The notes under the pieces: generated by a model | Databases searched by the model: none | Seen by the model: the letters and a program-made list of their open reading frames with translations, nothing else | Told to the model about the DNA's origin: nothing | Program-made: the position numbers and the translations under genes | From: the human T2T-CHM13v2.0 reference genome, Homo sapiens | Length of the DNA stretch: 64,000 nucleotides | Assembly (NCBI RefSeq): GCF_009914755.1 | Contig: NC_060927.1 | Direction: 5' to 3' (one strand) | In this document: positions 1 to 16,491 of the stretch, one piece after another | How positions within the stretch are numbered: position 1 is the stretch's first letter | Layout: each line of letters starts with the position of its first letter

Positions 1-1418
1 ACACCTGTGTTGGCAGATGAAGCTAGGTCTGGAGTTTTATGCCTACCTACCTCCTCCACCAGGCACCACCATGCAGTCAGCAAACTGCACGAGTGCCTAT
101 GACTCTGGTAAAACTTATACACATAGACTTAATATGATGGCAGAGAGAATTAAGAAACATGAGGCCAACTTTAGTGGGGAGAATGATGGAAAGCAAAGTA
201 TTGTATGCTTTTGTCTTATGATTTTCTTAACAGGAGACCTTGATGAAGGACTGGTATCTGCCTTCTGATTCCAGTTAAAACTGCCTACCACTGTTCTGCC
301 TTCAACTCCCTTTCCAGAAAGCCCCTCTGTCATTACTTTTCCAAACCCTCTTAAGGACCCTCTACCAAGAGCTTAGAACAGGAAAGGGTTTACGCAAAGA
401 TGTGCACAGTGCATTACTATTCCTAAAGTAATGTGCATTAAATAGAGACCAAAAACATTTAAACATTAAGTAATCAGTTTTGTCTGTTATCTGTTCTATC
501 TCCAATGCCTAGACCAATGTCCGATACACAGTGGAGCTCTTAATATATTGATTATATCGCTAGACTTTCATTCACTCGGGAATAGACAATTATACCAAGA
601 AGGTCCCTTATCTTCAAGATTCCACGCATCAAGTTTAGAAAAGTCACCAAAAGTTTGTTTTCTCCTACGCACTTCATACACCAGAGGTCTCCGCACTCAG
701 AAAATACCATCACCACAAATACTACTGTAATAGTATTTAAGTATATAATAGTATATTAATACTATTATTATAGTATTATACATATTACTAAACACTATTA
801 TATCATTATTAATTAAATATGCATATTATTAGTTAAGTATAGTAGTACTGATTAAACTTCCATTGCACATCATGAAATATTGGTCCAATGACAAATATTC
901 TATAAGCCAAATATTTTATATAAAGGTGTGCAGCCTCCTACACTGTATTTCAGTACTTGATGGACTACATACAAATGAAAAAAATTGGTGGCACTACTGT
1001 ATTTAAAATCTATACTTTTGTAATTTTACATGTGGGTTGTCCTAACAGTGGTGTATTATTTAATAATAGTTGAACATATCATCCTCCTCCAAGGATCTCG
1101 AAGCACCTGCAGTAAGTAAGGAATAGCTCCCTTCATACCTCTGCCAAGGTAGGTATGTTGTAAGCATTATTTCTACCATACCAAGATCACACATGAGTCA
1201 GTGGCAGGGCTGGCACTACTCCCTCATGACACTTCAGTTCACAGGTCTAACCATTAGAGTACTGCCTATACATTAATTCATTCCTTTCTTCATTCATAAT
1301 ATTAATTTGATGCAGTTTGCTAGGCACTAAGGATCAACTCCTTATTTCCTACTGAACTCACATTATATGAACATTACGATTTGTAAAATAAATAAATAAA
1401 GTAAAATAAAATAATTCT

Positions 1419-1712
1419 GGTCTGGGCATGGTGGCTCATGCCTGTAATCCCAGCACTTTGGGAGTCTCAGGTGGGAGGATCGCTTGAGCCCAGGAGTTTG
1501 AGACCAGCCCAGGCAACATAGGGAGCCCTTATCTCTACAAAAAATAAAAAATTAGCGCGGCGTGGTGGCGCACCTCTGGTCCTACCTACTGGAAAGGCTG
1601 AGGTGGGAGGATCGCCTGAGCCTGGGAGATAGAGGCCGCCATGAGCCCTGACCACCCCACAGCACTCCAGCCTGATCAACCAAACAGACTTGTCTCAAGA
1701 GAAAAAAAAAAA
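1419..1712 (+). mobile_element. Alu SINE (old, AluJ-like)
   Basis: GGTCTGGGCATGGTGGCTCATGCCTGTAATCCCAGCACTTTGGGAG start, dimeric body, GGATCGCTTGAGCCCAGGAG J-type motif, A tail. Confidence 0.9.
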
Positions 1713-1863
1713 TCTGATAAAAATTTTAAATTCACAACAGAGATTTTTCTGTACCTGGTGATTAATCCTAATTGTTTTATAGTAACTAACATACCTATCA
1801 GTGAGCCAAATGTATACTAAGGAAATGACTGAAATACAGAATTTTAAAGATATATGCTCTTAC

Positions 1864-2269
<406 letters not shown>

Positions 2270-2749
2270 CTAATTAGAAGTTTCCGCTGGGTATTATTGT
2301 TGAGTTGGTATAAGATGTTCAACACCATGAAAAGATGAATGTAACAGCTTCCTCATGGACTGATTTTTTTTTCAGTTCATCTGTCCTTTTAAGTAATCTG
2401 GCTGTTTGTACCCTGACTTTAACTGAATTCACAATTATTCCTCTTGCCAAACCATGCTTCCAGACTTGACTGTATAAATTAAATTTCATGCACGCATATG
2501 TGAGCCGTGTGTACTGCCTGTTAAACTAAGTAATATAAACAAATTGAAGGCACATTTGAATGACCTTTGAATTCCGTGTTAGAGTAGTTTTTAAACAGTT
2601 ATCTACTGGGCAAAGTGTAAGAGACAACCATTTACAGAGGTTATTTTCAGTGTGCTTCTTGAAAGCCCATTTGCTCATAGAATTCAGCCTCCTAATCATG
2701 CAAGTTGCATTTTGTATGGTTTTCTTCTCTGGCTCCCCACCCTCTTAGA

Positions 2750-4030
2750 ATAGTTCTGACGCCCCCACCGGCGACCACCTGGAAGGGGCTGATCCACCCC
2801 CACCTCCCTCTGCGAAGCGCGGAGCGGCTGCGGCCACCCGGCCAGAGCCAGCGCTGCGCTGCGCTGCGCTGCGTGACTGGCTGCATTTCTCAGCCCCGAC
2901 GGCTGTGGTTACTCAAACTGATCTCATCGCAGGTCGTCACGACACGCGCTTCCCCTCGCCTGCACGCGGCGTGGCGTGAGAGGGGCCCTGGCAGCCGGCG
3001 CGCCCACCCCTGATCCTTCGAGGCCCACGATGAAGCCCATCCTACTTGCAATAACGGCCCCGTTCTCATTCTTCAAAAGACGGCTCCCAGACGTCAACAA
3101 AGAATCTAACCTACACAGCGCCGGCCCTCGCTCCTTTCAGCCTCAGCGAGCGCTGCCCTTCATTGCCCCCCAGCGCACTTCTGGACACTGCGCCGGGTCG
3201 CCGGGGTCAGCCGCCCGGCCACGAAAGTCGCCCCCAGCGTGCCCCAGGCGTCAGTGCACGCCGGGCTCCCGGCTCCAGGCAGGCGGGGTGAGGCAGCTCC
3301 GCGAAGGCCACTCGCTGGCGACCCCTTCCCGGGTCTCCTAGCCCTGGCCGGGCTGCCCCCGCGCCCGCCCCCGCCCTCGAAATCCAGGCAGTGCGGGAGG
3401 CCGCCTTGCTGCTCTCTCCGCCCGCACAGGGCCGCCCGACGGAGCGGGCAGGGAGCAGGCGCCAAGGAGGCCGAGAGGGGCCCAGGGGCGAGGTCGACTC
3501 CCAGCCCGCTGTCCCCTTATCCCACGTTTCGCAGCCTGAGGTGTTTGCTGTATATCGGGAACTGACACTTTTCGGCGTTAAAATGAGGGCGTCACCTGCT
3601 CGAACTAAAGTCGGTGGAGGGCGTCTGGAGCCGGGCGGAATCTGGGATGCCTCGCCGGATTACGCGGCGGGGTCGGCACGCGAGGCAGGCTCCGGGCGCA
3701 CCAGGAAGCCCGAGCGTGCACTAAAGCGGCGGAAGCAGGCAGCGGGGGCGGGGCCGGCGGGCTGCAGGCACGCAGGCGGCGCGGCGGCCTGGGGTTGCGT
3801 GACCTGCCGGGCTGCGGTCGCACGCACTTCGTGCTTCAGGCGGCCGTCGCCGGGCGGGAGGTGCAGGTGCTGGAGGGCGGCGCCCGGCTTCTACTTTCAA
3901 AACACCGCCGGGGAGGGCAGTCACGCTATATTTCTGGGACAGGGAGTGAGTTCACCGGGGGAGGACACAGCGTCCCCTTGTTATCACAACGTGGGTAACA
4001 TTCGGTAATAAAACGCGCTCGGACAGGATG
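2750..4030. promoter_or_regulatory. CpG island; probable promoter of a minus-strand lncRNA
   Basis: Abrupt GC- and CpG-rich block in AT-rich surroundings, GC boxes (GGGGCGGGG at ~3745; CCCGCCCC at ~3364), (GCGCT)n at 2851-2873. Confidence 0.88.
3596..3790 (-). ncRNA. LINC00886: Candidate first exon of a divergent lncRNA (LINC00886 by recalled locus position upstream of LEKR1)
   Basis: Minus-strand donor CAG|GTGACG at 3596/3595 inside the CpG island; identity and TSS come from recall of the 3q25 locus, not from the sequence. Confidence 0.45.
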
Positions 4031-6653
4031 TATTAAACGAATTGGGAACCGGAGCTGCTCTTTCCATAAGCAATCAAGCTGGGGAAACTTTACAAGGAAA
4101 GCTTTAAATTGCGATGCATGGCGCAGGAGTGTGGTTCGTGTGACATGCTTACAGAGAAAGGAACCAGAGCAAGGACGGTGGCTTTGGGACGAAATTTCTG
4201 TCCGCTCTGCACAAAGACTAATTACAGAGTCGTGATTTGGGGCATGCTCTCATTCCTCCCGGAAGCTTTCTTTGCAGTGTTTTATTTTAAAATCAGAGGT
4301 GGTTGATCTCCCTGGCATACGAACATGAGAGACCTCATTTATATGGTGACTCAAAAGCCCCAAGGACATAAAAAAGGTGCCACGTTTTAAGACACCAGAA
4401 TCTAAGTTCCTTCTCAAGATCATGTGAGCAAAAAGTGTTTTGCCCGCACAGATATCTATTTACATAATTAAAATGTTTGTAGATTTGCAGATAAATCAAG
4501 TTTAGAGGACAAAACAAAAAATGTTACCACGATAGTTTTTAACACAAGAGCACCCCAGTCAACTGAAAGCTTGGGAAATTCCACATTAGTTTATTTTCTA
4601 TGTACTTAAACTTTGATTTGGTGAATCTATGCTCTCTTATTTCCCTATTATGACTCTTAGGCCTATAGTGCCTAGTTACACACACATTTGTTTTTGTGAT
4701 ACATGTAACATTATAGGAAAGGGGGGATTCTCTAGGGTTAGAATAGACACAATAAACTCCTAGGAAGCTTTCTCAAAAATACATATTCTCATCTCAGCTT
4801 ACCATATGTGGGAAAAGGCAGCAAGATTCACTGTTTAATTTTAAAATGTTCTACCAGCTGACTGATTCTCACGTGGGATTTTTTTTTTTTTCCTGGTCTG
4901 CCCAGCACGCTTAATTTCTTCTGGGACAGAACTGCCTACCCTTCCTGCCTGGATTGTGCTTCTGCCTTTACTCTTCTAGAATGTAGTTAGAAAGGGAGGT
5001 GTCATTGTGTGTGGCCTTGCCTACTTGGTCCCCACACTTGGTCGAGAGGCATATACCTGACTCAAGGTAAGCCAATGACAAACAGCACTTGACTCCTCCT
5101 GGCCTTAGTAATTTGGTTAAAGAGATTGCATATCATCCAAGTTGTGCCAAAGAAAGTCATTTCCTGGCAATTTTCTAACAGGAGGGTGGGCATAGATGCC
5201 TTCTCCCCAGTTCCTTTTGGTGACAAAATTGGACCGTCAGCCACCACTGCTCTGCCATGTGCAGAGACTGCCAACAATAAAAGAAAATGGAACCAACTTT
5301 CATTAAGTGGTAGATTCTAAGGGCTGAGCCTTTTTATGGCTTTTGCAAATTCCACATTGCATATCTGAGGTTCTCAAAGCAATACTGGCTCCTGCTTTCC
5401 TGAAACTTGATTGTTTACCTCTTCTGATTCTATGAGAAGAGATATGTATTTATAGAAATAATAAAATATACATTTAGAATGCTGTTTAGAATATTACGGT
5501 TTTTTTTTTTTTGTAGTTATAACACAATTTTTAACTTGCTTTTTGTCACAGAACAATCTATTGGGACATTCAACCACATCAGCAAAGAACCACATCATCA
5601 TTTCTAACAGCTGCACACTGTTGTTCGAGTAAATCAATGTATTTCACATTTTAGTATTTCCTGTTTTAAAACATTATAAGACTGTGGTGAACACTGAATA
5701 TATGTGCTAATAAGAAAGAATTTTCCTAAAGCTTCCAGCAAACGTCTCTTGGAACTTCTAGTCATAATTGGATCATAGACGCATTCCTGATTTAATCACT
5801 GGTAAAGGGGAAGGTGCTAACAGAATTGATCTAATCTGAACTCACTTCTGGACTTGGGCTGATTCATGCATGCTTGGGGGTAGGACAGGGGGAGGGCAGT
5901 ACAGAGGTCTGAATTCCTGAACAAAAGGAAGAAGGAGGATCATGTGTCAACTGTAATAGTTTTGAACATTTTAAGGGGTTTAAAACATAATAAATGTTCT
6001 AATTTTTCACCCCAACAGCAGTGTTTAAGATTGCTAATTGCTCTACATCATTGCAAACCAGGGCTACTATACTTATTTTAATATTTTTCATGTGGTTGAT
6101 AGATCTCATAAAATGCTTGATATTTGATATCAGTAGTCCCTAAGAAAATATCTTTAAGATGATTTGGAACTCATTTAATGGCATTAAAAACACTATCAAT
6201 GGAGGTAGAACAAAATGACAGAAAAATTTTTATACTTTGTTTCCTGTAAATTCAGTAGCTACTTAAAATAATAGGTACAGAAACATTAACTTCATCTTTA
6301 CAAAGGGAGAATGAAATCACTTTTACCAATCGCTTATCGAAACAAATGTGAGTTGGAATCTTAGATTCTTCATTAGAATCCTATGAAAATCTCAGAAATG
6401 AAGCAATAATTTCACTAAACAAGCAAATAATAAACTACAAAAGTTGTTTTTAAGTGCATAAGGCAGTTACCAATTTTCAGTCTTTGAACTTATTAGCATT
6501 TATTAAGTGCTTATTATGGGCCATTTATTGGATGCTGAGTTTAATAAAAGGAACTTGGTTAATTTACATTACAGAATAAGAGCTATCAGTACCACATTTT
6601 TAGCATCAAATTCATTACAAGAGTGTTAAGTTAATGCCATTAGAGCTTTATTC

Positions 6654-6819
6654 TTTTTTTTTTTTTTTAATTGAGACAGAGTCTCACTCTGTTGCCCAGG
6701 CTGGAGTACAGTGGTGCAAACTCGGCTCACTGCCAATCTCCGCCTCCAGGTTCAAGTGATTCTCCTGCCTCAGCCTCCGGAGTAGCTGGGATTACAGGCA
6801 CGAGCCACTGTGCCTGGCC
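6654..6819 (-). mobile_element. Monomer-length Alu (right-arm body with a left-arm-type 5' end)
   Basis: polyT, GAGACAGAGTCTCACTCTG...GGGATTACAGGCACGAGCCACTGTGCCTGGCC; TATTCTTTTT on both sides. Confidence 0.85.
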
Positions 6820-7871
6820 TATTCTTTTTGTTTTTAAAAATATATTCATGTAATAAATACTAAGTTGTATTTGGCACATAGTACAGTTTCGGATAAAAAG
6901 CTCTTATCAGTGGTGAACTTGCCACAGGAAATACATTTATAATAATCAAAGGTTTCGCTGTAGTGGTTGACTAACTGTTAATATTTGAGGATATTTATCA
7001 TTTAAAGGCCTGACTTGTCTCACTGGAAATTTTGTTCAATAATCATATTCTCAGGGCTAAAAAGAATTCAGCACACAATTTATTCCTGCACAGATGACAA
7101 AGCATTTGAACTAAAGAGAAATGCTATTTAAACATTGTGACATTTATTTTATTAGGTACTCAAGTTTACACTGTACATATAATGGATTTAAAAAGATACA
7201 GAGCTTAAACCCACAAATAGTATTTTGTGGTCTAAACCACCTCCAGACTAGAGTTATTTGTGGTTCAAAATATGCAAAGCAGCTATTTAAAGCAGTTTAA
7301 AACTTTAAATGTTAATAATGTTAATAGCAGTTTTAACAAACATGAAATGTTATTAAGAAAGAAAATCCAATCCACATCTTGGTGGGAACAAAATGTGTTG
7401 GGGTAAGTAAAACAAAGCAAGTGGTCCCTTGTAGCTGACCATTTTTGAAAACTGGAAGTGACTTCAGAAAAGTCATGAAGACAGTAAGTGTGAGACAAAG
7501 TTAGGTTTACAGAATTAAATACTTTTTGGATATTTACATGTTACTAATCCACTATAGGCTGATGTCCCCTGGGTACTGGCTGGCTGGCAGAGTCAACTAA
7601 CACTGTATGTGAGGCCCAAGTGCTTCCTCTTATATTTGGTCCAAGTACACTTCTGTATTCACATTAGGCCATGCCCTCAGCCATTTCCATTATTTGTGTG
7701 AAAATAGACCATAAGCAGGATCTGACTTATGTTTGGAAGGGTTCTCAGTTGGATGAGACATTGTGTATGAAGTGCCTGGCAAATAGAAAGAGCCCAATAA
7801 GTACTAGCTTTTCAAAAATGTTAGGTTTTTTTCTTTTGTGCACTTGTGTTGGATGGAACCCAGAAATATTA

Positions 7872-9950
<2,079 letters not shown>

Positions 9951-10705
9951 CTTGGATAGAGTTCCTACATTTTTATCAGAATTGCAGGCAACATACCTCT
10001 TCTACATGCTTTTCATGGTGGGGGAGGAGGAAACAAAGGAGGGAGCATAAAACTACTTTTTGAAGTGAAGAACGACATTTCCCTGCTGGATACATATTTT
10101 ATGTAAATTCACAACAGTAACAAAAGCACAGACACTGTGTCCTCATAAACCAACACAAAGTTCTGCAGACCATGTGGAAAGCCCTAGGTTAGTCGCTTTA
10201 GAGCGTCTCTATTCCAAAAACTGAGAGCATTTCCTTCCCCAGGGATCACTGACAATACGGGGTTGGGAGCGGGGAATAAAGGGTCATAAAAAGAAGTTAA
10301 CAGCAGCTTAATTTGGCTATTACTGGATAATTTTTAAAAGTCGAAGTAAAAAGTGAAAATTAGCTCAATTAAAAACTAATGGGGTAACCCAAAACTTTAT
10401 TTAATATGCCCAATGATGGGATTATTTTAAATTGTACTTCAATTCTAGTATGGACAGTAATGGGGTGGGAAGACAGAGGGAGGGCAAGTGAGAAACCTGA
10501 AAAGGGAGAGACCAAGACAAAACACCAACATAGGGCACAGGATTCGTGGCTTTTTTTTTTTTCTTAAACCTATTTTGTAACATCTTGTCACAACACTTCC
10601 TTTGCACTATCTTCTTTCAGGAATAACACTTTTTGCTGCTACGCTTTAAAAAATGTCATTCATCACAACTTAACTCTTATCCTTTGAAATTCTTACTGGG
10701 GTCTA

Positions 10706-11190
<485 letters not shown>

Positions 11191-11690
11191 GTCTAAGGGA
11201 AATTTACAGTGGAAAGGAAATTGGTCTCAAAGGCAATATGCAGACAAATAAACACAGATGAAATTAAACCAAGGAGTGAACTGCAGCCTTTGAGCTGGAT
11301 TTTCTCCCATCCTTAAAGTGTTGCCTTTCCTTATCCTATAAACAAAGTACTCAATAAAGAAAACTAGCCTCAGAACAGAGTGATCTTGCATTAGGTGTGC
11401 AAATTCCTGTCCCAGATAGGTACCAGTTTTGGTGCCCTGTATCTAAACTTCCATTATCACAAAATGAGAGCAGTCCTACCCTCACTATCTCTCAGATAAA
11501 TATGACGAGGATGAATAGCTCTGAAAGTTATTTGGGCTTCTCATAAGCATGTTATACTTGACCACTTGGTTGACTGTCCTCTAGGCCTCTTAATCCTTTC
11601 TTCTTTGAGGGAGTGGAAACAGATAATCAAGGGTAGGCATTGGGGCAAAAATATCAGTCAGGTTAAATGTACAAGATACATCTACTAGAC

Positions 11691-12006
11691 TTTTTTTTTT
11701 TTTTTTTTTTTTTTTTGAGACTGAGTCTTGCTCTGTCGCCCAGGCTGGAGTGCAGTGGCATTATCTCGGCTCAGGGTAAGCTCTGCCTCCCAGGTTCACG
11801 CCATTCTCCTGCCTCAGCCTCCCGAGTAGCCCAAGTAGCTGGGACTACAGGCGCCCGCCACCACGCCCGGCTACTTTTTTGTATTTTTAGTAGAGACGGG
11901 GTTTCACCGTGTTAGCCAGGATGATCTCGATCTCCTGACCTTGTGATCTGCCCGCCTTGGCCTCCCAAAGTGCTGGAATTACAGGCCCGAGCCACCGCGC
12001 CCAGCC
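11691..12006 (-). mobile_element. Alu SINE (AluY-like)
   Basis: Long polyT, Y-type body; TSD ACATCTACTAGACTTTT on both sides. Confidence 0.93.
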
Positions 12007-12879
12007 ACATCTACTAGACTTTTTAGTGCCAAGGAACAAGGCACTAGTGTTCAGTACTTCCTGGTGTCATTAATTAGTAGTTATCAATAAGCAGTTTGGT
12101 GTACCGATACTGCTCTGCGTCATTTAATCACTTCTCTAAATCTATAGGTTCAATTAATTTTCTTTGTATTTACTTAATCTTATTTTATTCAATAGCAAAC
12201 CAGTCTCTTTGCCTGCTACAGAGCCATCGATGTTTTCTTTGGTTCTTGGAAGAACTGTACTTCGACCTTATATAATCCTCAGAAAGGCAAGATCTGGACT
12301 ACGAATGAGTCACCTGCTAATTACACCAATGGCTGCTCCTGCCTTGACCAGTCACAGAGTATCACCCTATCTCGGTATGCTGCTCTGCTTGTCGCGTAGT
12401 AGGTCAATAAATACTTGTTTTATGAATGAATGTATGAACAAAGGGAAGTTAGTCACGTGTAAGGGTGGGTAGCCTGCGATAAATAAAGTGTAGACTAGGA
12501 GGTCTCAAAATACTTTTTGAACTAAGCCCTTAATCTTCACTACTTTGGACTAGAATGGAAATGTCACCAACGCCTTCCCAATTAATTTGTCCTGGCTGTA
12601 ATGACTGAAACCAGAACTTCCCTTTACACCCATGACCTCTACAGGCATCTCTTTTTCCTCTGCTCAAGAACAGTAACTGCTCACTGCTGTGTCTACCACA
12701 TAGGCCCCAGAGCAAGGGGTGATAGGTAGGGCTATAGGCTCCCGACTCCCGACTCCCGGCAGTGCCTCTCTCCAACCCCCCACGAGGCTGGGACAGCTCC
12801 CTCCATCTCAGCAGTCGCTACCAAGCACCCGACCCACTCTCGCCCACCTCATCCCTCGATCCCCTTCCCTCCCTCTCAC

Positions 12880-13400
12880 AGCATTCCGCGTAAGACTAGC
12901 CCAGCCTTCCGAGCCCCACCACCAGTTTTCCCACTTCCGCCCGGCGCGTGAGACCCTGGGCGGTGCAGGGGAGCGTTGACGACAGACGTGGGCCGTGACG
13001 TCGCCGCGCCCTGACGTCCAGCCGACTGGCGGCGCGGTCGCCCGGGAGACCGGGAAAGCCGTTTCACACCCGTCCTAGTCGAAGTCGAGGTGAGGGACGA
13101 TGGCTTTCCTCAGCCTGGGATGACCCGGTCCTCCAAATGCAGTTCCGGAGTGGAGGCGTGCTCGCACCCGGGGAGAGAGCCAGAAAGCTGAGCCGCGGCG
13201 CCCCAGCGAGAGCACGAGGCCCCGGGTCTGGACTCCGCCACCACGCTCCTCTGCGGCCCCTTCCTGGTGTCTGCCAGCCCGCGGGGCCCAGGCGCGGTCC
13301 GCCTTCCTCCCAGCCCCGGGGAACGCGCGGCTCTGCTTCCTCACCCCCGCACCCTCCTCCTCCTCCTCTTCCGGCCACTGCAGGTCCAGGGGGAACGGGG
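12880..13400 (+). promoter_or_regulatory. LEKR1: CpG-island promoter and non-coding first-exon region of LEKR1
   Basis: CpG-rich block ~3 kb upstream of the first coding exon; CRE-like TGACGTC at 12996 and 13012; candidate donors GAG|GTGAGG (13089/13090) and AAC|GTGAGT (13593/13594). Confidence 0.8.
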
Positions 13401-13819
13401 TTAGAAAGGGACAGATTTGAAAGCCATTCCAGCAGTTTTGTCTGGCCTTGCGGTTGGTTTCTGTGTGGAAGAGCCTGCCGCTTCAGGAAAGTCTTAGGAT
13501 GTGAACTTCCGCCTTCACCTGCCCCTGACCTGCTCGTTGTGGGTGATTCACGCCATGGGAATGGTTCTTTACGTAAGGGCTTGAAAGCTGAACGTGAGTT
13601 AATGGCCTGACGTGACACTAGTGTGAGAAACGGAATTGGAAACGAACAAGGACGTGTCTGCATTTTAAAAAATGTCTTTTCGGTGATCTTGTTAGAGAGG
13701 AGGTTCACAAACACCCACGTAGCTGCAGCCACTTATCACTGCACCTCTTGCCAAAGTGCGGTCCACATACGTGCAATGAGAAAGGATTAAAGGGACTTGT
13801 TTGATAACACACGCAAAAC

Positions 13820-14430
13820 TATGTAAGACTAAATTTAAAAAATTACAGATTTTCCCTGTTGCCAAAAGGGAAAGACCCTTCTTTTTTCTTGAGAAACTTA
13901 GTATTTGTGAATGCTTCCTCTATTTAATATGTATGCAAATGTTTTTAAAGACCTAGGAATGCTTTTCTTGAGGACCTGGAAGCCATTTCTTTAAAATGTA
14001 AACATCAAGGAAGATAGGGCCCCAGTCTCCTTGTCACTTTGGGAGTTTAACCTAGGTGCGTTATTCCTAATTGTAAACACCTGTTTCGTTATGGAGCTGT
14101 GCATTACTTAGGAGGAAAGCCGTTAGCTAACACAGGTGGTTACCCCAATTACCAGATGAATTAAAGAGGAAATATAAAAGAATGTATAGAACACTATGTT
14201 AAGCCCTCTTACATGAGGACACGTTACCAGTTTCCTTGAGAATGTGTAATGGATTGTGTCTCCTTGGCTGTATAAAAGAGGGATTTCCTTCTCTCTTTGT
14301 AACCTCATTAGCAGATTAGCCGTGATGTGCATCAAAGTCTAGTTGAATGCCTAATAAAATTGTTGTCTTTCTGCATTGTGGAGCATTTTCTGGGTTGGCA
14401 GGACTTTTAATTTTTAGTTTCCCCCCGATA
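13820..14430 (+). mobile_element. Probable old ERV LTR remnant (family not assigned)
   Basis: TG start, TATAAAAG at ~14271 then AATAAA at ~14353, LTR-like length and layout. Confidence 0.45.
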
Positions 14431-16058
14431 ATCAGAACCTGCCAATTCCTCCCCTTCTTATGCTAAGGCCATAAAGTTGGAATAGATTCACAGACAATGA
14501 AGGCACTACACAAAAACTGTTCTACTGGTGCTTTGTTTATACTGTCATTTAGATCCGTGCTCTCAGATAACTTTATGGGTGAAATTTTAAAAGGATGTTT
14601 AGATGGTAATTTTTTGGAAAATTCTCCCAATAGAGTTGAAGTTACTATTTCATTTTACTGATGGCAAATCCACCATTAAATGACAGAAATGAGAATAATG
14701 AGCCTTCTGGGCTCTTGCCACATGATTATGACAATCTGCCAAACATCAGATTATGTTTGGGCTTATGTTGACATGGTTAATGGTACCTCCATTGCAGACC
14801 TCAGTTAACTTTACCACACATGTCATATTATGTTTTATGTGGGAAGACATAAAGCTCATTAGTTTTTGGTTTTAAACAGCAACTCACTGAAATGAGTCTT
14901 TGTGCTAACACAGGGAACAAGGAATCTTCTCTTCCACTAGTGGTTGCACCATTTACAAAGATAATGCCACTATAGGACTTTTTGACAACTACGGTTTCCC
15001 TGCTACCTTGCTGTATGGCCGGGGTTGCTCTCTCTGATAGAGTACTTTGCTTCTCCAGTCTCTTGTCAAAATCCTGCCCTGATTGAATACAAGCAACCTC
15101 AGGAAGCCTTCACTAACTCCCACCTCTCATCTGAAACATAAGATCTTTTCCTTTCTTGAACTCTTAGACTGCTCTTGTCTATAACTCATGGTCCTCAGGC
15201 CTTCTTCCCTGCTATGGAATTGTGCCTGTATCATCTGACTCTGCTGCCACTGCCCTCGCCCTTCTCCTGACTTCTTAGATATGTATAAACAGCCCTTACT
15301 CGTGAGGGAAGGATTTAAAAAAAAAAACAAAAAACCCAAAGTGCTCCTCCATTTATCCTCTGGTTTTATGAAAGTAGTGACTGACCTTTATATTGAATGG
15401 CTTTTATTAGAAAAAGAAAATCTGTTAAAAGTAAAATATCTGCATAAAATTATATAAATGTCCATCTTAGATAAAATTGGCACTTGGCTTCTTATTTTTT
15501 GATCACTCTTCTGTTCAGTGTTTGCATATCATATTTAATATGGTATCTCTAAATGCTCTTTTTCTGTATTTCATCATTTAATCCAGCATTCATGCCACAA
15601 TTGCTTTTTTCATCGGCTAAAATACTATATTTTCATACTTTTTCTAGCAGCATTTCAGAAAAATATTTGATTTTTAAAATACACTGAAATGTGTATTTAA
15701 AATTTTAGTCATTATGTATTTGAAAAACAATTAGTAGTAAATCACAACAGAAATTATTAGACTATAAAGTTCTAACAAAAGAGAAAATATTCTTTCTAAC
15801 TTAGCAGTCTCTATAGTTCTCTCCTGTTCTATTGGCCCAATAACTAACGGAGAAAACCCTAACTGTACCTTCTAACATTGAGCTGATGAAATAAGCATCT
15901 GTTGAAACAGTTATCACCATTCATCCCCAAATACTTCTAGGAGTTTATAAAGCATCTTAATTTGAATGTTCTCTACATTATTTCTGTTCTGACTGTTGCC
16001 ATCAATGTTCTTAGATTTCCTTTGGCTTCAAAGCTCTCTCACCATATTTTGGGAAGTT

Positions 16059-16106
16059 ATGGATCATCACATTCCCATGCATGCGTTGCCTGAAGAAATC
16101 CAAAAG
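16059..16106 (+). CDS. LEKR1: LEKR1 first coding exon (exon 16015-16106; MDHHIPMHALPEEIQK)
   Basis: Acceptor ttcttag at 16014, ATG at 16059, donor AAG|GTATGA at 16106/16107; phase 0 joins in frame to the 39502 exon; recognised LEKR1 N-terminus. Confidence 0.92.
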
Positions 16107-16491
16107 GTATGATATATTGTGTTGCTACAGCCTAACAGTGGGAACATGTAGCAGTTACATAATTCTAAAACCTAGAGGAGTGAATTCATTAATTTTGGTC
16201 ATAGGATCTGAATGAATTGGTGGAGTGGGAGAGGGAATAATTATTATCATAATGAGCAGAATTGTAGAATTCAATTCAGTATGAAGAATTTTGCTGCTAT
16301 GGAAGAAGACATATATCTAATTCCAGTACAGTATTTGACCAGGTGGTTGTGGAGCCCTAGTGAAAAGCAGGCATCAGAAACGTCCATGTGTGTTTTAATG
16401 GGGCTGGATTTCTAAGCCTCTATTATGGTTTGACCAACATTAATTCTCAGTACTTACTGTGTGCCAAGCACTGTTTTAAGCCCCTTTTATG

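Noticed and set aside
17-333. Short ORFs at the window start
   Set aside because: No recognisable homology or supported exon structure.
715-855. AT-rich, quasi-palindromic TAGTA/TACTA tract
   Set aside because: Low-complexity sequence; self-complementarity is expected from its composition.
2692-4008. Many overlapping ORFs up to 205 aa
   Set aside because: R/G/A/P-rich frames on both strands are expected from stop-codon depletion in a CpG island; no recognisable domain.
13064-13732. 222-aa and 157-aa ORFs at the LEKR1 promoter
   Set aside because: GC-rich promoter artefacts with no recognisable protein features.
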